This document shows positions 14,429 to 22,132 of a stretch of DNA of 32,000 bases, one piece after another. The notes under the pieces were generated by a model, which had not been told where the DNA came from, searched no databases, and worked only from the letters and a program-made list of their open reading frames with translations. The stretch is from Hyperthermus butylicus DSM 5456 (GTDB lineage: Archaea > Thermoproteota > Thermoprotei_A > Sulfolobales > Pyrodictiaceae), in the NCBI RefSeq assembly GCF_000015145.1, contig NC_008818.1:1230001-1262000 (forward strand). Direction: 5' to 3'. Both the position numbers and the translations under genes were made by a program. Each line of letters opens with the position of its first letter. Positions within the stretch are counted from its first letter, which is position 1.

Positions 14429-17419
14429 CTGGTTATTGCTTCGAGCATAGTTACGCGCAGAGAGCCCATAAATGAGTATGCAAAGTATCTCGTCGAGATA
14501 GCCAGGAAATGGCAAAACGAATGGAGGAGAAGCAGAGTATTCGAGGCAGATCCCCAGCCCGGTAGAAAGAAGTTCTTCATTACTGCGGCTTTCCCGTATC
14601 CCAATAGCCCATTGCACCTAGGTCACAGCAGAACATACACGATAACCGATGCTTATGCAAGATTTAAGCGGATGCAAGGTTACAATGTGTTATTCCCAAT
14701 GGGCTTCCACTATACGGGAACACCGATACTAACAATGGCTGAGTCAATAGCGGCAGGGGACAAGGAGCTAATAGACCTAATGATAAACGTGTATGACGTA
14801 CCGCCGGAGGATATAGAGAAGCTGAAGGATCCCCTATCCCTGGCAAGATACTTCCATAACGATGCAAAGCAGGCAATGATGGAGATTGGTTATAGCATTG
14901 ACTGGCGTCGTGAATTCACATCGATAGACGAGGAGTTCAAACAGTTTGTTGTGTGGCAATTCATGAAGCTAAAGGAGAAGGGGCTACTAAAGAAGGGCAC
15001 CCACCCAGTAGGATGGTGCCCCAAGCACAACATGCCTGTAGGCATGCATGACACCAAGGGCGACGTGGAGCCGGAGATAGGCGAGTTCACACTGATACTA
15101 TTCAAGCTTGAGAATGAGGATGTCTACCTGCCAGCAGCAACGCTAAGGCCAGAGACGGTATTTGGGGTAACCAACATTTGGCTTAACCCCGAGGCAGAGT
15201 ATGTGCTGGTAGAAGTTGATGGTAGAAAGTACATTATGAGCAAGCGTGCAGTATTCAAGCTAAGGTTTCAGCGTGACAACGTAAGGGAAGTCAGAGAAAT
15301 TGATCCCGGCGAGTTGTTTGGCAAGCGAGTGGTAAACCCTGCAACAGGTAGGAGGGTTCCAATACTGCCAGCAAAGTTTGTTGATCCAGCCACGGCCACC
15401 GGAGTAGTAATGAGTGTGCCTGCACATGCGCCATACGACTATGTGGCGCTGAGAGAGCTGCTGGAAAACAAGGAGCTTCTCGAAAAGTATGGTGTTAACA
15501 GTGAAGAGTTAACACCAATTCCGCTCATAGAGGTTAAAGGGTATAGCGAGCTTCCAGCCCGCGATGTCGTGGAAAGGATGGGCATAAGAAGCCAGTACGA
15601 GCGAGACTTGCTGGATAAGGCTACGAAGGAGCTGTATTCGGACGAATACCGATATGGTGTTATGAGGAGTGATATAGTAGAGCTAGTTTACCCTGAAGCC
15701 CCCTCAGAGCTACGTGATCTTGTACGTGCAGCTGTAAAGGCATGGATCGTTGGTCAGCCGGTATCAGTAGCTAGGGAAGCCACGGTGAAGTGGCTCTCCG
15801 CTATTGGTCGTGCAGATAAGATATATGAGATAATGAATAGGCCTGTCTACTGCAGGTGTGGCACCGAGATAGTAGTTAAGGTGCTGAAAGATCAATGGTT
15901 CGTAGACTACGGCAACCCTGAGTGGAAGCGCATAGTGTTAGAACACCTGGAGGTTATGAGGATAGTGCCAGAGGAGCTAAGGGAGGAGTTTCGAAAGGTC
16001 GTGGACTGGCTCCGCGAGCGTGCTGTGGCTCGTACTCGTGGCCTAGGGACAGAGCTTCCGTGGGCTAAGGGCTGGATAATAGAGAGTCTTAGCGATTCAA
16101 CGATATACATGGCGTTCTACACAGTAATTCACAAGATTAGAAGCTATGGGCTAAAACCGGACCAGTTAACGCTAGAGTTCTGGGACTACGTAATGCTTGG
16201 TAAGGGAGACCCGAAAGCTATCTCGGCGAAGATTGGTGTACCCGTTAAGGTGCTTGAGGAGCTACGTAGCGAGTTTGAGTATTGGTACCCGCTAGACTCG
16301 AGACACAGTGGCAGGGATCTGGTGCCTAACCATCTGACATTCTTCATATTCAATCACGTGGCAATATTTCCGAGGGATAAGTGGCCACGCCAGATAGTGG
16401 TAAATGGTTTCGTGATGCTTGAAGGCAAGAAGATGAGTAAGAGTCTACGCAATATCATACCGCTACGCAGGGCTCTGAGAATATATGGTCCCGATACAGT
16501 TAGAGCAGCAATACTTGCTGCTGCTGAGCTGCTGCAAGATGCAGACTTCTCTGATGCGCTAGCGAGGAGTGTTATGGGTCAGCTAGCGAAGTTCGAGTCC
16601 ATAGCAGCTAAGGCATTAGAACACGATGATAGGGTGGACCTAGTTGATCGCTGGCTGTTAAGCAAGCTCCAGGAGAGCATAGAATATGTGACCAAGGCCA
16701 TGGAGGAGCTAAGGGTTCGAAGCGCAACAATACACGTTCTGTACGAGATGGAGAACATGGCGTCGAAATACCTTGAGTTGAGGGGTGGCAAGCCAGGTCC
16801 AGCACTCCTAGAATACGTGAAGACGTGGACGAAGATGCTTGCACCAGTAGCACCACATCTTGCCGAGGAGGTCTGGCATAGACTTGGCGGCGAGAGCTTC
16901 GTATCTATCGAGAAGTGGCCAAGCTCTGACAAGACAAAGATCGACTATGAGGCGGAGCTAGCGATAGAATACCTTGACAAGGTTATAGAGGATGTAAAGT
17001 CTATACTGAGGATATTCAAGGGTAAGCCTAGGAGACTCATCATAGCTGTCGCCGGAAGGGAATACTGGAGCTACGCGAGAATAGCTGCCGAGGTCCTGCT
17101 CGCAAGACAGCAGCTGAGAACACTAATACAGAGATTCGTTGAGGCAGGAATCAGTGACCGCAAGCAAGCTGCACAGCTAGCACAAAAAATTAGCCGTGTA
17201 TTCAGCGAGCTAAGCCCCGAGACGCTAAAGAGAATTAGTATGGTCGAAGAGTTTGATGAAAAGGCTGTCCTAGAGAAGTTCAAGGACTACGTGGCATCAA
17301 GACTAGGAATGGAGGAAGTTGTTATAGTTACCGCTGAGGAGGCCGAGCATAAAGAGCTAGTACCTCCAACAAAGCTGGCCCAAGCAGTTCCAATGCGGCC
17401 AGCCATACTAGTAGAGTAG
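14429..17419 (+). CDS. leuS: Leucyl-tRNA synthetase, archaeal type. The conserved N-terminus lies upstream of the first canonical start codon in this frame.
   Basis: IARKWQNEW...FFITAAFPYPNSPLHLGHSRTYT (HIGH region) spans 14489-14640, and KMSKS is present (GKKMSKSLRNI). The frame is open from 14429 (after the TGA at 14426-14428), but the first ATG/GTG/TTG is the TTG at 14612, inside the HIGH motif. Confidence 0.93.
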   Translation: MVIASSIVTRREPINEYAKYLVEIARKWQNEWRRSRVFEADPQPGRKKFFITAAFPYPNSPLHLGHSRTYTITDAYARFKRMQGYNVLFPMGFHYTGTPILTMAESIAAGDKELIDLMINVYDVPPEDIEKLKDPLSLARYFHNDAKQAMMEIGYSIDWRREFTSIDEEFKQFVVWQFMKLKEKGLLKKGTHPVGWCPKHNMPVGMHDTKGDVEPEIGEFTLILFKLENEDVYLPAATLRPETVFGVTNIWLNPEAEYVLVEVDGRKYIMSKRAVFKLRFQRDNVREVREIDPGELFGKRVVNPATGRRVPILPAKFVDPATATGVVMSVPAHAPYDYVALRELLENKELLEKYGVNSEELTPIPLIEVKGYSELPARDVVERMGIRSQYERDLLDKATKELYSDEYRYGVMRSDIVELVYPEAPSELRDLVRAAVKAWIVGQPVSVAREATVKWLSAIGRADKIYEIMNRPVYCRCGTEIVVKVLKDQWFVDYGNPEWKRIVLEHLEVMRIVPEELREEFRKVVDWLRERAVARTRGLGTELPWAKGWIIESLSDSTIYMAFYTVIHKIRSYGLKPDQLTLEFWDYVMLGKGDPKAISAKIGVPVKVLEELRSEFEYWYPLDSRHSGRDLVPNHLTFFIFNHVAIFPRDKWPRQIVVNGFVMLEGKKMSKSLRNIIPLRRALRIYGPDTVRAAILAAAELLQDADFSDALARSVMGQLAKFESIAAKALEHDDRVDLVDRWLLSKLQESIEYVTKAMEELRVRSATIHVLYEMENMASKYLELRGGKPGPALLEYVKTWTKMLAPVAPHLAEEVWHRLGGESFVSIEKWPSSDKTKIDYEAELAIEYLDKVIEDVKSILRIFKGKPRRLIIAVAGREYWSYARIAAEVLLARQQLRTLIQRFVEAGISDRKQAAQLAQKISRVFSELSPETLKRISMVEEFDEKAVLEKFKDYVASRLGMEEVVIVTAEEAEHKELVPPTKLAQAVPMRPAILVE

Positions 17420-17467
17420 CCATCAGCCAGGCCTCAATCATTATTTTAACCATAATGCTTGGTGCTT

Positions 17468-18118
17468 CTAGTTCCTACAGTAGTCTATAACTATGTAGCC
17501 TAGGCTGTCAAGTCTTAAGCAGTCCATGGAAGCCAGCTCCTGGATAATACGTCTAGCTTCTCCACGTCTGACATTCTTGTTATATGCGATAACGTCCACA
17601 GCGTCGCGCAAGGCTATGCGGCCAGCGGTGGCATGCTCGCATAACAGCTCAATTATATCTCTTGGGCATGGATCGCTAGCTTTGATTAGCTGGTAGCCCT
17701 TAAGCCGAACATACTCTCGTAGCCTCCTACCAGCTATACTTGTCTCCAAGAGGTAGGTATCGCTGGCTAGGTGTCTAGCTTTTAGCCTAGCAAGTCTCCT
17801 CGGTGGAGGTTTTAGCGGACCTGCATAGAAGACTACTACATCCCAGGCTGGCGGTTCACACCAGAGAACAATAGTGCTAGTGCCTATAGCCATGCTAGAA
17901 CCACAGTCGCGTACATTGACTTGTTCAGCATTGTTGGCAGTTAGTGCCCCAAGGATAGCCTCCGTGAATGCTTCACTACATAGTATGGTGGGAGTTATAG
18001 CAAGGCCTCTAGCGATATTGTTTGCAGCAACCGCGGCTAGCACAACAGCAAGCCTTTGAAGGGGCGGTGATAGATAAGCCCTCAGCTCCACGCCGAGGCT
18101 GTCTACTATGCTCTGCAC
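17468..18118 (-). CDS. Hypothetical protein with a possible C-terminal winged-helix.
   Basis: 216-aa ORF with a GTG start. The C-terminal RIALRDAVDVIAYNKNVRRGEARRIIQELA is wHTH-like. No family recognised. Confidence 0.45.
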   Translation of the reverse strand: MQSIVDSLGVELRAYLSPPLQRLAVVLAAVAANNIARGLAITPTILCSEAFTEAILGALTANNAEQVNVRDCGSSMAIGTSTIVLWCEPPAWDVVVFYAGPLKPPPRRLARLKARHLASDTYLLETSIAGRRLREYVRLKGYQLIKASDPCPRDIIELLCEHATAGRIALRDAVDVIAYNKNVRRGEARRIIQELASMDCLRLDSLGYIVIDYCRN

Positions 18119-18153
18119 AGCCTATTCCCCCAAGCCAGGAGCTAGTGGTGAAT

Positions 18154-18214
18154 TCAGCGTAGCTCAGCTTCTTCACAGCCCCATACTAGGGGCTCAGAGC
18201 CTAACCCTCATCCT
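18154..18214 (-). ncRNA. Candidate box C/D sRNA (weaker).
   Basis: Minus strand reads AGGAUGA / 10 nt / CUGA / 17-nt spacer forming a GCCCC-loop-GGGGC hairpin / GUGAAGA / 12 nt AGCUGAGCUACG / CUGA. The C box starts about 35 nt from the centre of the AT-rich palindrome at 18241-18258. No adjacent terminal stem. Confidence 0.33.
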
Positions 18215-18240
18215 CCAGAAGGACTCCTCCTAGAGTGTTG

Positions 18241-18258
18241 CTAGAATAATATTTCTAG
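18241..18258. promoter_or_regulatory. AT-rich palindromic element CTAGAA-TAATAT-TTCTAG, a putative bidirectional TATA/promoter element.
   Basis: 6-bp inverted arms flank a TA-rich core. It sits between two divergent C/D sRNA candidates at promoter-compatible distances. Confidence 0.35.
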
Positions 18259-18288
18259 CCAGGCCACGATACATCTTCAAGCAATGCT

Positions 18289-18346
18289 GGAGGGTGACGA
18301 GTAAGAGGGTCGCTGATACATGATGACAGCCGGATTAGCCGACTCC
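18289..18346 (+). ncRNA. Candidate box C/D sRNA.
   Basis: Layout: GGAG-G / C GUGACGA / 12 nt GUAAGAGGGUCG / D' CUGA / UAC / C' AUGAUGA / 12 nt CAGCCGGAUUAG / D CCGA / CUCC. Both guides have the canonical 12-nt spacing, and there is a 4-bp terminal stem GGAG/CUCC. The positions that normally form the U-U pair (C-box pos 5, D-box pos 2) are both C. Confidence 0.5.
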
Positions 18347-18524
18347 AAGGCTAGGGCGTTAGCTCCTACTAAAACCTTATAACGCGTGATGCCAGAGTAT
18401 AGTGCTTCACACGGCCCTGCAACAGCTCCGCCCGGCCAGGGCGGAGCTATTGGATGAGCAGGGCTGGGACGTATTCACCGTGCACAACTCCTCCCTAGCC
18501 GCCTTGACGTGGCGGTGGAGCTAG

Positions 18525-19220
18525 ATGAAGATAATAGCGGTATCGGATGTTCATAGCCCACGCTATCTACTGCACTATATGGCGGCTCTATCGAAGCATA
18601 AGAGTGACTGCGAGTCAGCAATGCTGGTGGTTTGGGCTGGCGACATGGTTGACAAGGGCCGGGTTGGGGCCCTACAGCAAGTAATTGCTGTTACGAGAAG
18701 GTTTTGTGGGCATAAGAGTATTGTTGCAGTATTTGGTAACGAGGAGTACATGGATCTCGAAAGGACATTCATAGAGAAATACAATGATGTCGTATGGTTA
18801 AATGATAGTTACATGACGCTCAGCGCTAACGGTTTATGCTACGGGATTTACGGTACGCGGGGCGCGCTTGACAGACCTACACGCTGGCAGGAGCGTAACA
18901 TACCCAATATAAGGTTCATTTATCAGCTTCGCGTTGAGAGGCTAAGGAGGACTCTCCAAAAACTAAAGTCCATATGTCAAAAGCTCATAGTTGTAATGCA
19001 TTATGCACCAACCTATGCTACTCTAGAGGGTGAGGACGAGAAGATATGGCCCGAAATAGGGAGTAAAGCCATGGAGAAAGCGTTGCTAGAGGTAAAGCCT
19101 GACATAGTTATACACGGGCATGCACATAGGTCGAAGCGGCTTGAAGTAGACCTCCAAGGCGTAAGGGTATACAATGTTGCCCTCCCTGCACGTGGCGGCA
19201 TAACAATCATAGAGGTGTAA
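18525..19220 (+). CDS. Calcineurin-like metallophosphoesterase.
   Basis: MKIIAVSDVHSP, WAGDMVDKG, FGNEEY, VMHYAP and IHGHAH are the canonical metallophosphoesterase motif series. Confidence 0.85.
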   Translation: MKIIAVSDVHSPRYLLHYMAALSKHKSDCESAMLVVWAGDMVDKGRVGALQQVIAVTRRFCGHKSIVAVFGNEEYMDLERTFIEKYNDVVWLNDSYMTLSANGLCYGIYGTRGALDRPTRWQERNIPNIRFIYQLRVERLRRTLQKLKSICQKLIVVMHYAPTYATLEGEDEKIWPEIGSKAMEKALLEVKPDIVIHGHAHRSKRLEVDLQGVRVYNVALPARGGITIIEV

Positions 19221-19226
19221 GGGCCT

Positions 19227-19278
19227 GTGATGTATAGGCCGCCTATGCTGATTAGCTGATGAATCTTTTACGGGCTGA
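19227..19278 (+). ncRNA. Candidate box C/D sRNA immediately downstream of the phosphoesterase stop codon.
   Basis: Layout: C GUGAUGU / 14 nt / D' CUGA / UUAG / C' CUGAUGA / 12 nt AUCUUUUACGGG / D CUGA. Total 52 nt. Weaknesses are a very short terminal stem and a self-complementary first guide (AUAGG..CCUAU). Confidence 0.4.
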
Positions 19279-19430
19279 GGCTCAGGCAGCCGCCACAGCT
19301 TCATCGCCCTCTGCTCCGGGTTCGGGATGTTCATCACAGCCGGGTCAAGCTCTCCAGGGAATTTATCATTTCGGTTTAGTACTTGTCTATATTACTTGTC
19401 TTAGTATATTGGTGCAGTCGGGGAGGATGT

Positions 19431-20189
19431 ATGGTTGAAAGGGTAGCTTACATAGATGTTCACAGCCACCTCCCAGAATACAGTGATGCCGATATTGAAC
19501 GCATACTAGCCAGCATAGATGTTGTAATAGTTTCTGTCGGCGAGGATTTAGAGAGCAGCATTAGAAGCATTGAGATAGCCGAGAAATATAAGGATAGGAT
19601 ATACCCCTGTATAGGCCTTCACCCCTGGAATGTTAAGTCTCTTAGGGAAGCTCTAGACGAAGCGAAAAGGATAGTCGATCTAGCACTGAGCCGAAACATT
19701 AAATGCCTAGGAGAGGTAGGCCTTGACACAAAGTTTGTTGGCGAGACCATAGAGCTGCAGCGTGAAGTTTTCCGCATATTTCTCGAAGCTGCACGTGACT
19801 ACAAGCTATTCCTTAACTTGCATACAGCGGGAACATGGGAAGAGGTTTTCAACCTACTAATACGCTACGATATTGTTGCAGCTAACTTCCACTGGTATAC
19901 TGGGCCGCTACACTTGCTAAAGGACATAGAGTCTGCTGGCTATACGATATCGATAAACCCTGCTGTAAAGATACAGGCTAAGCACCGCAATGTGGTAAAG
20001 GCAGCACCCATATCGATAATGCTTACCGAGAGTGATTCGCCGTACAAGTATCGCAGTCTAGAGCTGGAGCCCCGCCTTGTAGCTGATGCAGTGGCCGAGA
20101 TAGCAGCTATAAAATCCGTGGAGGCTAGCGAAGTTAAAAAGTTGGTCTATGAGAACTTTAGGAAAAAGGTGTTAAGTGTTATTGGCTAG
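19431..20189 (+). CDS. TatD-family metal-dependent hydrolase.
   Basis: YIDVHSHL at the N-terminus, GEVGLD, LHT and ESDSPY match the TatD motif pattern. TATA-like ttagtatatt about 26 nt upstream of the ATG at 19431 suggests a leaderless start. Confidence 0.85.
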   Translation: MVERVAYIDVHSHLPEYSDADIERILASIDVVIVSVGEDLESSIRSIEIAEKYKDRIYPCIGLHPWNVKSLREALDEAKRIVDLALSRNIKCLGEVGLDTKFVGETIELQREVFRIFLEAARDYKLFLNLHTAGTWEEVFNLLIRYDIVAANFHWYTGPLHLLKDIESAGYTISINPAVKIQAKHRNVVKAAPISIMLTESDSPYKYRSLELEPRLVADAVAEIAAIKSVEASEVKKLVYENFRKKVLSVIG

Positions 20190-22038
20190 CCAATACTCTT
20201 GCCTTGAAGTACATCGTCAGGCACGATACCCTTGTATGCCTCGTAATATATTGGTGTGCTCTTTAGCAGCTTAATGTTGCGTACATACTTGATGTCGGGC
20301 CCTATATCCTTGCCGCCATACTTTCTTACGTATTCTTCAATTGGTATTCCGTACTTCCTAATGATATGGTCGCGGTAAAGGTCGTGAACACGTTATATGT
20401 ACAGAATGGTATTATTCTACCGTCCGGTGATAGGTAGTGGATATTGCACCTCATTACGCGCTCTACGTCGTAGTTGTATGGGTCCATGAAGTGCATGTTG
20501 CCGAGGAATAGCATTCTATAGTGTAGCTCGCCGAGGGCCTCATAGTTGCGTTTTATGAACACATTGGCTAGCAGCTTAGTTATATTGAGGTCTTTTGGCA
20601 GCTTTTCGCGGTCAACAAACTTTGGTAGATCTTTTATGATTGATGCTATCTTGAGCTTGTGTTTGAACCCACTAAGCCTTCCCTCTCTAGCTGCTCTTAG
20701 CTCTCCGGTCTTCTGTTCCATGTACTCTATGAAGCCCTCAACGTCAAAGAACTCTGTTATCGGTATAAACCTCTTAGGTAGCCCGTCGGCATCACGCTCT
20801 ACGAAAACGTATGTCGCTGAACCGCATGCTGGATGGTTGGCCATACATATCTTCAGCTCGCCGCTGAGAGCCTCAAGGAAGTATGCAAACTTTGCTGCCA
20901 CAGGTATAGGGAACCATGCGTCAGCTGGTATCTGGCCATCTGTCTGTTCTTCGATAAGCTTTAGCACATCAGGTATTGTTACCCGGTACTTTTCCCTCTC
21001 CTCCTTCCTCATTCTGCCAGTGAGGCTGACGGGCTGATAATTTACACCCCTAATCACGTCCATGTGTTTGGCAGCGAACTTTATTATTGCGCCGAGTTCA
21101 TGTGTGTTAATACCTTTTATCACAGTGGGTACTAGCACCACGCTAGTCACGCCAGCCCTCCTAAAGACCTCAAGGGTATACGGTACCTCCCAGTGGTTCT
21201 TCGGGTTCGTACGCGGCGTAACACCGTCAAAGCTCATATAAACTGTGTTTAGGCCAGCCTCGCGGAGCTTCTTAGCGTACTCTACAGCTGTTTCTGGGCC
21301 CTTTTCGAACCATAGCCTTGCAAATGTTATGCCGTGAGTGTTGAGCTGTATATGGCGTACACCTTCCTCCTTCAACAGCTTAATGATCTCGGGGAGGTCT
21401 GGCCTTAGTGTTGGCTCGCCACCGGTTATCTGGACAGACATTACAACGCCTTCTTTGGCGTACTGTCTTATCATCATCCTTATTTGCTCCAGTGTTGGCT
21501 CATAAACATAACCCATCTTCTCGGCGTAGAAGAAGCAATACCAGCATGATAAGTCGCAGCGGTTAGTTACAACCAGATTTGCGAGTGCTGTATGGTTCTT
21601 ATGGCGTGGACATAATCCACAGTTAAAGGGGCATGGCGCTTCAAGCTTTACGTATGCTGTAACGCCAGTACCTTCCTCCTCATACTTCATGAATCTCTTG
21701 TATATCTGGGCGTCGCCAAAGTACAGCTCTTCTATGGTGCCATGCTCAGGGCAGCTCCTCTTGATGTATACCTTTCCACCGCGCTCAAATATTACTGCTG
21801 GTAGCAGCCGGTAACAGTATGGGCATACAGTAAGCGTGTATGCTATAAATCTCTCGTTCTCCTTCAGCTTTGGTAATGGACCTCCGATACGTATCGTTCT
21901 ACCTGCTATACTAACGGTCTTCGCCTTAGGATCAAACCTTGCAGGTGCGTCAAGTATTTGTGCATGCCGCTGGTCAGTTTCGCTACGACGGTCTGAGTGC
22001 AGTGATAGCATGTCCACTTGCCCCTCTTGAAGCCTCAA
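20186..22038 (-). CDS. tes: Radical SAM tetraether lipid synthase-like protein (Tes / GDGT-MAS family, COG1964), interrupted by a 1-nt frame break near 20386-20392.
   Basis: N-terminal Cys pairs (CPYC...CPEHG), auxiliary cluster CPFNCGLCPRH, RS motif NRCDLSCWYC, then VQITGGEPTLRPD. ORF 20326..22038 ends ...FCTYNVFTTFTATISLGSTEYQLKNT*. The -1 frame continues with 67 codons of protein-like sequence, VHDLYRDHIIRKYGIPIEEYVRKYGG...GKSIG*, ending at 20186. Confidence 0.72.
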
Positions 22039-22132
22039 ATAGAGTATACCCCTTGACGACTGTTAAAAAGATATCAGTGCTTGAAACTAACACTTGTTTA
22101 AGAAACCCGTAGGTTATCCCACTCCGAGGGAT

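Noticed and set aside
14347-14617. Minus-strand ORFs 14347..14604 and 14381..14617
   Set aside because: They overlap the plus-strand frame that encodes the conserved LeuRS N-terminus and HIGH region. The sequences are not protein-like.
18140-18230. tRNA or tRNA fragment suggested by GCGTAGCTCAGC
   Set aside because: There is no complementary GAGC to close a D-stem, no anticodon stem and no T-arm. The sequence is better explained as the complement of a C/D guide on the other strand.
18289-18346. RNase P RNA-like motifs (AGGGTGAcGAGTAAGAG..., ACAGCCGGATTAG resembling CR-II/III and CR-V)
   Set aside because: There is no CR-I (GAGGAAAGUCC) and no room for the P1-P4 framework. The same bases fit a complete C/D box architecture with exact 12-nt spacings.
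20386-20392. Programmed -1 ribosomal frameshift in the Tes-like gene
   Set aside because: There is no slippery heptamer (the sequence is AAC GUG UUC ACG) and I saw no obvious downstream stimulatory structure. A simple indel or error is more parsimonious.
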